A stretch of DNA of 64,000 nucleotides from Terriglobia bacterium (lineage in GTDB: Bacteria > Acidobacteriota > Terriglobia > 20CM-2-55-15): contig CBDAOY010000006.1 in NCBI GenBank assembly GCA_965198225.1, positions 768,001 through 832,000 on the forward strand. Direction: 5' to 3'. Position numbers and translations under genes: made by a program. Below the pieces are notes generated by a model. It was not told the origin of the DNA. It saw nothing but the letters and a program-made list of their open reading frames with translations, and made no database searches. Shown in pieces: positions 20,156 to 30,200 of this stretch. Within the stretch, counting starts at the first letter, position 1. Each line of letters begins with the position of its first letter.

Positions 20156-22018
20156 ATGGAATACAGAGAGACGTACCGCGAATCCGAGACGCGCAACCTG
20201 ATCGAGGAGCTGGAACAACTGCGCCGTTTCGACGGACCTCCAGCGGAGTTCTGGCCGTCTTTTCTGGAAAAAGCAGGCCTCTTGGTCGCGGCGAGACTTG
20301 CGCTTCTACTGGCACCGGGCGATGACGATACTTCCTGGAAGCATCTCGGCCTCTGGCCCGACAGGAGCCGCGGCCTGATCAAGGTTCCCGAACTCGCAAT
20401 CCGGATCGAGGAAGTAGCCCGCGAATCACTCGCCGAACGCTCCGCGTGGACCACAAACGGGCAACTTCCCGCCGCCCTTGGCGCCGCTTCGCTGGTCGGG
20501 GTGCGCCTCGGCGTGGACGAAGGCCGCTACGCCGTGGCGGTGGTCCTCCTGGCGGATGCGTCCGAGACGCGCGCCGAGGAGGCAAGTGTCCGTCTGAATC
20601 TCATCGCCGACACACCGAGTGTGTACCAGCTCGGCCGCCTCCTAGGTCAGGCCAAGGAGGACGTCGGGAAATTCAGCGACGGTCTGGACCTGCTGGTCCT
20701 GCTCAATGAGAAAAAGAGATATGTCGCCGCCGCGATGACCTTCGCGAATGAGGTCGCGTCCAGGTACCGATGCGATCGGGTCTCGTTGGGATGGCTGAAG
20801 GGCGGTTACGTTCGGATCCAGGCCATCAGCCACATCGAGCGGTTCGAGAAAAAGATGGACGTCGTCCAGGACCTCGAGTCCGTGATGGAGGAGTCGCTGG
20901 ACCAGGACGAGGAGATCCTCTGGCCGAGGCCGGCCGAAAGCACGGCGATCACCCGCAACCATGAATCGTTCTCCAAGAGGGAGGGCTCGGGCAACCTCGT
21001 GTCGCTCCCGATCCGGCTCGACGACGCGCCGATCGGCGTGTTGACTTGCGAACGATCACGCGAGCCGTTTTCCGAATCCGCCGTTCGAAGTCTGCGATTG
21101 TTGTGTGATCTGGCAGCGCGCCGCCTCGGCGACCTGAAGGACCACGACCGCTGGGTCGGAGCCAGGATGGCCGCCGCGGCGCGCGAAGGCGCCGCCCGCC
21201 TTGTCGGCGTGGAACACACTTTCGCCAAGCTCGCCGGCATCCTCGTTGCCGGACTTCTTGCCTTCGGCATTTTTGGACGGCTGGACTACCGGGTAGAAGC
21301 TCCGTTCGTACTCAAGTCTGACGACGTCGCTTACTTGTCGGCGCCCTTCGACGGCTACATCGATCAGGTGCTCGTGGATGTCGGCGACTTCGTGGAGCCG
21401 GGAGATCTGCTCCTCAGCTTCGACACGCGCGAATTCCTTCTTGAAGAAGCAACCGCGATCGCCAATCAGATTCGCTTCGAGAGGGAAGAGGAAAGAGCCC
21501 GGGCCGAACGGGCGGTCGCGGACATGATGGTCGCCGAGGCGCTGGCCGATCAGGCCGGGGCGCAGTTGGGCCTGGTCCGGCACTATCTGGGGCAGTCCGA
21601 GGTCCGGGCGGCGTTCAGCGGCATCGTCGTCGAAGGCGACCTCAAGGAATTGCGCGGCACCCCCTCCCGAAAGGGCGACGTGTTGTTCAAAATCGCGCGC
21701 ACGGAGAACCTTTACGCCGAGCTGGAGATTGACGAGAGAGATGCCCACGAGGTGTCCGATTCGGCGAGCGGCGAGGTCAGCTTCTTGAGCCGGCCGGACC
21801 TCACATTCCCAATAACGGTAGAGCGCACCGATCCCGTCGCAGTGACCGAGGACGAACAGAACGTGTTCATCGCCCGCGCCGATTTCACCCTCGAAGCGGC
21901 CCCCTGGTGGCGGCCGGGAATGAGCGGGGTTGCCAAGGTCGATATCGGGAGGCGCAACGTGCTTTGGATATTGACGCACCGGACGATCGACTTCCTCCGC
22001 ATCTTCTTCTGGTGGTAA
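20156..22018 (+). CDS. GAF-domain-containing HlyD-type membrane-fusion protein no. 2
   Basis: GAF-like CDRVSLGW...MEESLDQDEEI...VSLPIRL...IGVLTCER; one TM; LSAPFDGYI..V.V..GD.V..G; WRPGMSGVAKV. Start may be 20090. Confidence 0.85.
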   Translation: MEYRETYRESETRNLIEELEQLRRFDGPPAEFWPSFLEKAGLLVAARLALLLAPGDDDTSWKHLGLWPDRSRGLIKVPELAIRIEEVARESLAERSAWTTNGQLPAALGAASLVGVRLGVDEGRYAVAVVLLADASETRAEEASVRLNLIADTPSVYQLGRLLGQAKEDVGKFSDGLDLLVLLNEKKRYVAAAMTFANEVASRYRCDRVSLGWLKGGYVRIQAISHIERFEKKMDVVQDLESVMEESLDQDEEILWPRPAESTAITRNHESFSKREGSGNLVSLPIRLDDAPIGVLTCERSREPFSESAVRSLRLLCDLAARRLGDLKDHDRWVGARMAAAAREGAARLVGVEHTFAKLAGILVAGLLAFGIFGRLDYRVEAPFVLKSDDVAYLSAPFDGYIDQVLVDVGDFVEPGDLLLSFDTREFLLEEATAIANQIRFEREEERARAERAVADMMVAEALADQAGAQLGLVRHYLGQSEVRAAFSGIVVEGDLKELRGTPSRKGDVLFKIARTENLYAELEIDERDAHEVSDSASGEVSFLSRPDLTFPITVERTDPVAVTEDEQNVFIARADFTLEAAPWWRPGMSGVAKVDIGRRNVLWILTHRTIDFLRIFFWW

Positions 22019-22024
22019 CCGGAC

Positions 22025-24178
22025 ATGGCAACGGGCAAGACCTTCAGTGAGTCCTGGCACCGTGTGGCGGGGCTCGAGATCAGCCTCCGGCCGACGGTGC
22101 AGGTTCGCAAGCAGTATTTTCGCGGCGAGAAGTGGTATGTCCTGGAGGACCCTTTCAACAATCAGTTCTTCCGCCTGCGTCCGGAGGCCTACGACTTCGT
22201 GTCCCGTCTCCAGCCGGGCCGGACGGTGGAAGCGGTGTGGGAGGAGTGCCTCACCCGGCGTCCAGACGACGCCCCCGGACAGGAAGATGCGATTCGGCTG
22301 CTGAGCCAGCTCTACTTCGCGAACCTGCTCTATTTCGAGGCGCCCGGCGACAGCGAAAAGCTCTTCGAACGGTACAGTCAGCGGCGCCAGCGCGAAGTCC
22401 GGTCGAAGCTGCTCTCCATCATGTTCATCCGGCTCCCGCTCCTGGACCCGGACTACTTTCTCCGGCGACTAATGCCTCTCATCCGGCTCCTCGTCAGCCC
22501 GCTTGCCGCCCTCGTCTGGCTGAGTGTGGTCGGCGTCGCGATCAAGCTCGTCGTCGACAATTTCGACGAAGTCGTGAATCAGACCCAGGCCATCCTGGCT
22601 CCCGACAACCTGCCGTTGCTTTATCTGGGACTGGTTCTGATCAAGGCTGTTCACGAGTTCGGCCACGCCATCGTGTGCAGGCGTTTCGGTGGCGAAGTGC
22701 ACACGATGGGGGTCATGCTGCTGGTCTTTACGCCGCTCCCCTACATGGACGCCACCTCGAGTTGGTCGTTTCGGAGCCGCTGGCGCCGGGCCCTGGTGGG
22801 CGCCGCCGGGATGATCACGGAACTGTTCGTGGCGGCCCTGGCAACGTTCGTCTGGGCGAACACGGGCGCCGGGACGCTAAACAGCCTCGCCTACAACATG
22901 ATGTTCGTCGCTTCTGTCTCAACGGTCATTTTCAACGCCAACCCGCTGCTCCGTTTCGACGGTTACTACATCCTGTCCGACATCCTCGAGATCCCCAACC
23001 TGTCATCCCGGGCATTTCAGCAAATGCGCCACGTCGTCGAGCGGTATCTCTTCGGCTACCGGGGTTCCCAGAGTCCGGCTCGAACGCTGAAAGAGTCCAT
23101 ATTGCTCGCTACTTTCGGTGTCTTGAGCGGAATCTACAAACTCGTGGTTTTTGCCGGCATCGTATTGTTCGTCGCCGACAAGCTCTTCCTCGCTGGGTTG
23201 GTCATGGCCGCGGTGTGCGTCTTTGCCTGGCTGGTGGTTCCACTCGGCCGGCTCGTTACCTACGTTGCTACCGGCCCCCACCTGGCCCGCACCCGCGCTC
23301 GGGTGGCCCTCGTCTGTCTGGGGGCCGTCGGGCTTGTCGTCGGTTTTTTCGGGCTCTATCCCTTTCCCCACCGTTTTCGCGCGCCTGGCGTTCTCGAGGC
23401 GGTCGAGTACGAGCGTGTCGCCAATGACGCCGCCGGCTATGTCACCTCCGCCCTGACCCCGTCCGGTACGTGGGTTCAACCGGGTACGGCGTTGTTCCAA
23501 CTATCCAACCCGGAACTCCAGTTTGAGATGGATGCTGCACTGGCTGAGCGTCAGGAGGGCCTCGTCTTTCTGCAGCGCGCCTTGAGCCAGCAGGTGTCCG
23601 ATGTGGAGCCGATCCGAAGACGGCTGGAGACCATAGAAAAGAAGCTTGCCGACCTGGAGGAGACCCGGTCGGCCCTGCTCGTCACCTCCAACCAGGAAGG
23701 CGTATGGGTAACGCCCGAGGGGGGGCAATTGGTCGGGGCGTGGATACCGAGGGGTTCGGTCCTCGGGCAGATCGTGAATACTGAGAGTTTCCGGTTCGCC
23801 GCCGCCGTTTTGCAGGATGAGGCCTCCAATCTGTTCGCCGTGGGAATCCGCGACGCAGAGGTTCGTCTTCGAGGAGAGGGAGAGCGCAACCTGGCGGTGA
23901 CGACCTATTTGAGCATTCCGTTCGAGTACCAGCGACTGCCTTCTCCGGCCCTCGGCTGGCTTGGCGGCGGGGACGTTCCCGTAGCGCTGTCGGATGAAAC
24001 GGGCCTGATGGCCACCGAGCCATTTTTTCAGATATACGCCTACCTGGACCCCGTCCCCGACGTGACGTATCTGCACGGGCGATCCGGACAGATCCGCTTC
24101 ACCCTCGAGCCCCAGCCGCTCCTCCAACAGTGGATCCGAAAGTTCCGCCGCCTGTTGCAGAAGAGGTACCAGATCTGA
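22025..24178 (+). CDS. PqqD-like domain + M50 site-2 metalloprotease + HlyD-like adaptor fusion
   Basis: N-terminal YVLEDPFNNQFFRL...GRTVEAVWEE...LLSQLYFANLL; HEFGH and NANPLLRFDG zinc ligands in a multi-TM region; C-terminal lipoyl/coiled-coil hairpin. Confidence 0.88.
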   Translation: MATGKTFSESWHRVAGLEISLRPTVQVRKQYFRGEKWYVLEDPFNNQFFRLRPEAYDFVSRLQPGRTVEAVWEECLTRRPDDAPGQEDAIRLLSQLYFANLLYFEAPGDSEKLFERYSQRRQREVRSKLLSIMFIRLPLLDPDYFLRRLMPLIRLLVSPLAALVWLSVVGVAIKLVVDNFDEVVNQTQAILAPDNLPLLYLGLVLIKAVHEFGHAIVCRRFGGEVHTMGVMLLVFTPLPYMDATSSWSFRSRWRRALVGAAGMITELFVAALATFVWANTGAGTLNSLAYNMMFVASVSTVIFNANPLLRFDGYYILSDILEIPNLSSRAFQQMRHVVERYLFGYRGSQSPARTLKESILLATFGVLSGIYKLVVFAGIVLFVADKLFLAGLVMAAVCVFAWLVVPLGRLVTYVATGPHLARTRARVALVCLGAVGLVVGFFGLYPFPHRFRAPGVLEAVEYERVANDAAGYVTSALTPSGTWVQPGTALFQLSNPELQFEMDAALAERQEGLVFLQRALSQQVSDVEPIRRRLETIEKKLADLEETRSALLVTSNQEGVWVTPEGGQLVGAWIPRGSVLGQIVNTESFRFAAAVLQDEASNLFAVGIRDAEVRLRGEGERNLAVTTYLSIPFEYQRLPSPALGWLGGGDVPVALSDETGLMATEPFFQIYAYLDPVPDVTYLHGRSGQIRFTLEPQPLLQQWIRKFRRLLQKRYQI

Positions 24179-26166
24179 TCCTTCCCACCCAGGACTACCG
24201 GAGAACGGCCGCCGTCGAGCCTCCGAAACTGCATCGCGGTTGGGATGGAGCCGCACACGGGCTCGTGGGGTACTGGAGGCGGCACTCTCGCGTTTCCGGT
24301 CGTCTCAACGCGCAGTCCAAACGAATCTACGAGGAGGCTGCCGGGCTCGGGCGGCTTTCGGACCGGTTGCTCCGAGATCGCCTGTCGGAGATGAGGAAAC
24401 TGTTCAGGCGCCGGGATGCCCGGAGCGAGGAAGTGCTTCCAACGGCGCTGGCCTGTATGGTCGAGGCGGCTGAAAGGACGTTGGGACTGCGTCCGTACCC
24501 GGTCCAGATCGTCGGTGCTCTCGCGCTGGATCAGGGGTTTCTGACAGAAATGGCAACGGGCGAGGGGAAGACCCTGACCGCTTGCCTCCCCATGACCCTG
24601 GCCGGATGGACTGGCCTGCCTGCGCATCTGGTGACCGTGAACGACTATCTGAGCGATCGCGACGCCGCCGAGATGCGGCCGTTCTACTCCTTCTGCGGAG
24701 TGTCGGTCGGGTGTGTCACCAGCGAGATGAGTCCTCAGGAACGCTATCTCAACTACCAGAAGGGGGTCGTCTACATCACCAGCAAGGAGCTGGTTGCGGA
24801 CTTTCTCCGCGACCGATTGCGTCTGGGAAAGCTGCACCAACCGACGCGCCGCCTCATCCGCAAGATGCTTCAGGGACGACCGTTCGGGCCCGACGATATC
24901 GTGATGCGCGGTCTCGACACCGCGATCGTAGACGAGGCCGACAGCGTCCTGATCGATGAAGCCGTCACGCCCCTGATCATCGCGCGCGCGCGCGAGAACG
25001 AGACGCTCAGGGAAGCGTGCCGTGTGGCGAGCGAAATTGCGGACTCACTGACAGCGGGTACGGACTACCGGGTTGATCTGAAGTATCGGGAAATCCGTCT
25101 GACGGATGCCGCGGAGCGGAAAATCGATGCGCTTTCCGAAAAACTGCCTGGGGTCTGGCAGGGAGCGCTCCGCAGGGAAGAGCTGGTGCAGCAGGCCATC
25201 ACGGCGCGGGAGTTCTACCACCGCGACAAGCAGTATGTCGTCGCGGATGATCACGTCACAATCGTCGATGAATTCACCGGCCGCCTGATGCCCAACCGAA
25301 CCTGGAGGTCCGGGCTGCACCAGGCCGTTGAAGCCAAGGAGGGGCTGGACGCGACCTCTCCCACCGAAACGCTGGCCCGCTTGAGCTTCCAGCGTTTCTT
25401 CCGTCTATTCAGGCGCCTGGGCGGAATGACGGGTACGGCCAGCGAAGCAGCGACCGAATTCTGGCACATCTACGGGTTGCCGATGCTTTCGGTTCCGACC
25501 CACAAGCCTTGTGTTAGACAGACGTATCCAGACCGGGTGTTTGCCGGCGGTACGGACAAGTTCCAGGCCATCGTCGAAGAGATCGTTCAATGGCACGCAA
25601 TCGGACGTCCCGTCCTTGTCGGAACCCGGAGCGTACAGGCGAGCGAGACGCTCGCTTCGATGCTCGGAGCGCGAGGCCTGAGCTTTAACCTTCTGAATGC
25701 CACGCGACACAGCGAGGAGGCGCGCATCGTAGCGGCCGCCGGCCAGCTCGGCAGGATTACGATCGCGACCAATATGGCGGGACGGGGGACCGACATCAAG
25801 CTGGGGCGCGGTGTCGCGGATCTGGGGGGACTGCATGTCATCGCCTCCGAGCGTCACGAATCCCGTCGCATCGACCGGCAGCTCTTCGGCAGGAGCGCGC
25901 GGCAGGGAGACCCGGGAAGCGCCCGGGCCTACGTGAGTGTCGACGACGAGTTGATCCAGCGATTCGTTCCGGCATGGCTCCGGCTCCGGCTCAAGCAAGC
26001 CGTCGACGCCGATCTGCCGGTCGCTCCCCGCCTTGCGAAACAGACGCTTTCGCATGCCCAGAGAGGGGCCGAGAAGCTTGCTTTTCGGCAGCGCAAGAGT
26101 GTGCTTCAGACCGACGACCAGCTCGAGCAGAGCCTTGGTTTTTCCGGCTCGGCCGGAGGGTTCTGA
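24130..26166 (+). CDS. Accessory short SecA-family ATPase (SecA_DEAD + preprotein cross-link + helicase C; lacks the wing/C-terminal region)
   Basis: EMATGEGKT, VTVNDYL, IVDEADSVLIDEA, IVDEFTGR, GLHQAVEAKE, GMTGTA, ATNMAGRGTDI, RHESRRIDRQLFGRSARQGDPG; only 678 aa; start codon uncertain. Confidence 0.93.
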   Translation: MDPKVPPPVAEEVPDLILPTQDYRRTAAVEPPKLHRGWDGAAHGLVGYWRRHSRVSGRLNAQSKRIYEEAAGLGRLSDRLLRDRLSEMRKLFRRRDARSEEVLPTALACMVEAAERTLGLRPYPVQIVGALALDQGFLTEMATGEGKTLTACLPMTLAGWTGLPAHLVTVNDYLSDRDAAEMRPFYSFCGVSVGCVTSEMSPQERYLNYQKGVVYITSKELVADFLRDRLRLGKLHQPTRRLIRKMLQGRPFGPDDIVMRGLDTAIVDEADSVLIDEAVTPLIIARARENETLREACRVASEIADSLTAGTDYRVDLKYREIRLTDAAERKIDALSEKLPGVWQGALRREELVQQAITAREFYHRDKQYVVADDHVTIVDEFTGRLMPNRTWRSGLHQAVEAKEGLDATSPTETLARLSFQRFFRLFRRLGGMTGTASEAATEFWHIYGLPMLSVPTHKPCVRQTYPDRVFAGGTDKFQAIVEEIVQWHAIGRPVLVGTRSVQASETLASMLGARGLSFNLLNATRHSEEARIVAAAGQLGRITIATNMAGRGTDIKLGRGVADLGGLHVIASERHESRRIDRQLFGRSARQGDPGSARAYVSVDDELIQRFVPAWLRLRLKQAVDADLPVAPRLAKQTLSHAQRGAEKLAFRQRKSVLQTDDQLEQSLGFSGSAGGF

Positions 26167-26173
26167 AAACCCT

Positions 26174-26355
26174 GAAGGTCCGGTCTACGACCGCACACTG
26201 TTCTGGTCAAGGATGGCGTGGGGGGACCGGACCAACTGTCTTTCTCCGCGAACCCACGCACTGCAATTCGGTCCGTGAACGTTCAGTCTTTCGTCGTGAG
26301 GGGGACGGTGGGCCCGACGCTAATAGATGGTTCCGCTCATAGAGCGCAACTACAC
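26174..26355. repeat. Degenerate inverted REP pair after the SecA gene
   Basis: GAAGGTCCGGTCTACGACCGCAC (26174-26196) and TTCCGCTCATAGAGCGCAACTACAC (26331-26355). Confidence 0.6.
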
Positions 26356-26434
26356 CCGATCCTGGAGCTTCGCTTGCCTCCGGCACCGAGACCTCTTCGC
26401 GGACTCGACGCAGCGTCTCCAACTGCAGCCGAGT

Positions 26435-26911
26435 TCAGGCTCCCGGTTGGCCTCCCGGAGCGCTGCCGGTTTGGGGGCTGACGTGGGGCAGATAGTTGAC
26501 GCGAAGAGGAAGCCTCGTCAGCAGCTCCACCTTTCCCCGGTCGTCGAGTAATATTTCAAACCAGTACACCCCGGCCATTTCGATCCTCATCTTCAGGTGG
26601 GCCACGAGGTCGCCACTCCTGTCGTCTTCTCCTTCGAAGTTCACCGCCTGACGCACCATCTCCTTCGACTCTCCGGACGGCGCTACAAGCCGGACGAGGA
26701 CCGAGTACAGCCCCCGCGTTGCGCCCGAGGTGAACTTGATCAGCAGGGCAAGCTGGTAGTCAAAAGGCGGCAGTGTCGCGGGGGCATCGGGTCCCACGCG
26801 CACATGGGTGATCCGGTCGATAATACGGACGGGCGTCTTGATGCCGTCCTTTTCCTCCAGAAGCTTCTCGCACAGCAGCGCTGTGATATACGGGCCCTGA
26901 CTATCGTTCAT
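26435..26911 (-). CDS. Small beta-rich hypothetical protein, DUF6941-like
   Basis: ALLCEKLLEEKDG..TPVRIIDRI...IEMAGVYWFEILLD...LTRLPLRV pattern; family assignment is from recall only. Confidence 0.6.
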   Translation of the reverse strand: MNDSQGPYITALLCEKLLEEKDGIKTPVRIIDRITHVRVGPDAPATLPPFDYQLALLIKFTSGATRGLYSVLVRLVAPSGESKEMVRQAVNFEGEDDRSGDLVAHLKMRIEMAGVYWFEILLDDRGKVELLTRLPLRVNYLPHVSPQTGSAPGGQPGA

Positions 26912-27219
26912 TGATCTTTTTGCTCCGCAGCGAATTTTCGAACGTCCCTCGACGTTGAGCGATCGCCCGCCCCTCCGGAGTTTCGAGTTTTCCGGTCGGA
27001 GAGGCCGGCGACGGGCTCAACCGGACTGAACTCGGCCCCTAAGAGCAACTCGTGAGTGCCTGGCGAAGAGGGTTACTCCGGTGGCCATCTTGTCGTACGA
27101 TGAATTACACAGACGAGACACTGTAACATATTGAATGTAAATGGCTTTATGTTCCTCCGACTCTCCCCAGAAGGCCATCAGTGCCGCACGCTGATTTCCT
27201 AGGAATCCCAAGATAAACC

Positions 27220-27277
27220 TTGACAGGTCTCTCTTCACAGTACTAAGAGACGCATTCGTACTTGCCACCAAGTAGGA
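27220..27277 (+). promoter_or_regulatory. Candidate promoter and ribosome-binding site of the giant gene
   Basis: Perfect TTGACA at 27220-27225 in an AT-richer intergenic region; the -10 is weak (TACTAA at 15-nt spacing); AGGA at 27274-27277 before TTG 27282. Confidence 0.35.
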
Positions 27278-27281
27278 CAAA

Positions 27282-30200
27282 TTGAGCCGAAAGCGAACTC
27301 ATAAGAGATACGAGCTCGAGAACCTCGAGCCGCGCATCCTTCTTTCCGGCGACCCGCTGGTCGGCGCCGTTGCAGCCCTTGCGCCCGGCGATCCGGACTC
27401 CGAAGAGTCCGCGCTCGCTTCGACCGAAGAGGTCCTCGGCTCGGAAGAGAGTAACGTCTACGATCCTCCCTCGGCCGACTCTGAATCCTACGATCCTTCC
27501 GAGCCTCTTGACGACATTTTTTCCGGTTTGACCGGTGACGATGTCTCGAGCGACGAGGCGGAGGAGCCGGCCGGAGGCGACGAAACCTACGACACAGATC
27601 GCCCGATCGGGAACAGCGAGGAAGCGCAGATTCTGCTTGGCCTGACGGAGTTGGTCCGGCTCGGCGAGCGCGTGGAGCTGTCCGAGGCGTTGGCCGCGCC
27701 GTTGCTCGGCCTGGGTGATGCCTCGCTGGGAGAACTGGTCGGCCTGGTCGAGATTCTCGATTCGCGACTTGCGAAATCGGTATATGACTACTTCGGTGAT
27801 GCGGTCGATCCTCCGACCGGTGAGGGAATCTTACAGGCTCTCAGCCAGAGCCTCAACACCCTGGGTGATCTCGGAATAAAAGTGAGTTCGCTCGAGGGTG
27901 GTTTTGTGTCTGCGGCCGGCGAACTCCGCTTCGACGTCGCTTTCACCGCCAGCCGGGAAGGGCAACTGCTTCTCGGTGATGAAGAAACAGGTTCCGACCA
28001 GCCCCATCCTGCCGACTACGTTGCGACTCTGGAGTTGGATATCAGCTTCGGCGTCGATCTCGATCGCGCGGACGGCTTCTTCCTGGCCGTTCGGTCATTC
28101 ACTCTTGGATTGACGGTTTCGACGACCGACGGCGGTGGCTCAGAGCCGCTGGCAGGCCGGGTGGACGTCGGTGTCGAGGATGCAGACGGAGACGGGCGCG
28201 TCGGCCTGGGCGAACTCCAGGCGATCAACGCCGGGAGTCCGGGCCTGGAGATCCGAACGGCAGGTTCGCTGTTTGACACCGCTGCCGAAAATATTGCGCC
28301 ATCGGTCTTGGCGACTGCAATCGAGGGGGCTGAGGCCGAAACGAGCGGCCTGGTGCTGGATGGAGGTCTCAGCGGGAACTCGGCGGCCACCACCAATCTC
28401 GCCGAACTGGATCTCGGACCCGGCTCCACAACCGTGATCGAGATCGGAGGCACCACCGCCGGAACCCAATATGACCAGATCATCGTGGCCGGCAATGCCG
28501 ATCTGGGCGGCACGCTCGACATCGATCTGACCAGCGGCTTCAGTCCGGCCGTCGGCGACATCTTCGAGGTCATCACCTACGGGTCGGCCACCGGCTCGTT
28601 CGCGAGCTTTACCGACCTGAATCTCGGAGGGGGCCTGGAATTAGTCCCGATCCAGGGGCCGGGAAGCCTGCTCCTGATCGCGGTTCCCGACATCGCCGCA
28701 GCCGCCGGCCTCCTGGTGGCGATCCAGGCGGAGCTGGACAAGTACATCAACGGAACAAACACCGGCGATCTCACGATTTCCCCGGGCTCCGTCCAGCTTG
28801 ACGGCTTCCTGCAGCTGCTCGATCTGTCGCTGATCTTCACCGGCATCACGCACAACGGTACGAATATCACGGCCGGAAGCGTGACGGTCGAAGCCGGGTC
28901 GGCCCTGCTCTTCCCCGGCCAGCCCCTCTTCATCGGTGCCAGTGACGGTGGGGATGGAGATGCCCTGGCGCTCAGCGGCACCTACGACCCCGTTGCCGAG
29001 ACCTTCTCTCTCGTCGTCGATCAGCTCGACGTAATCGTCGCGGGCGTCTTCACCGCCCATGCCGACACGGTGACGGTGACCTACGATCCCAACGACGCGG
29101 ATCCCAGCCAGACCCTGGTCACGATCGGCAGCGCGGATGTCATATTCCAGGGTCTGGCCGACACGACGGCCACCGTCAGCAACCTGACGATTCGCAAGGA
29201 CGGCTTCTCGGCGGCCAACGCGACGGTAGCGGCACCGGATATCACCTGGATCGGTGTTTTCGAGCTGACCGGCCTCACGCTCACCTTCGCGAACCTGGAT
29301 TATTCAACGGCGACGCAGGCGCTGGCCGGAACGATAACGGTTTCAGCGACGACGGTGAGCCTCTTCGAAACCGTGGGTCCGTTCAGTTCCACCGTCACCG
29401 GCTTCACCGGAAGCTACGACCTTCAGACCAAGGCCCTGAGTCTCTCGGCGACCAGCGTCGACCTGGATTTCGGCGCCACGCTCCAGGTGAACCTCCAGTC
29501 GGTAGCCTTCGATATGGATCCGGGAGCGGAGACGTTCCGGGTCTCGACAGGCCTGTCCACCGCGACGGTTGCCGGCTTCGTGGGCATTAGCGGGAACTTC
29601 GGCCTGGCTTCGGAGAGCGGCGACATCCTCGTCGTGGCCGATACCGTGACGGCGACACTGGATGCCGGGGTGTTCGAGGTCGGCGTCACCGGCGGAACGC
29701 TGGCCTTGATCGTCAAGGCGGACGAAACGGTCGCATTGCAGGCAAGCGGCGGCCTGGTCTTTTCGGGTGGCAACTTTGCCAACGCCAGCGCCACCTCCGT
29801 GACAGTCAAGTTCAACAACACTGGAGCGAACGTCGATACGACCGTGACGGTGGGAGCGGTGAGCGCGCCTTTGCAGGTCACCGACGGGACGACCGCCGTG
29901 ACAGCGGTCGGGGTGTCGGTGGATCTGGCCGGTTTCGTCACCTTCGGTGGGGACTTCGGGTTCGAGAAATCGGGCACCACGATCATTGCGTCGGCCGATC
30001 AGGCGTTTGCGACGCTGGTAGCGGGCCCGTTCGCGGTCGGCGTGACGGGCGGCAGCCTGGCACTGATCCTGAATGACGACGGGACCCTGGCCCTGCAGGC
30101 GAGTGGCGGTCTGACCTTCTCGGGCGGGAACTTCGCCAACGCGAGTGCCACCTCGGTGACGGTCAAATACAACGACACGGGAGCGGACGTAAACACGACG

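Noticed and set aside
24130-26166. Housekeeping secA
   Set aside because: Much shorter than canonical SecA, lacks the C-terminal domains and sits in an accessory cluster, so no gene symbol was assigned.
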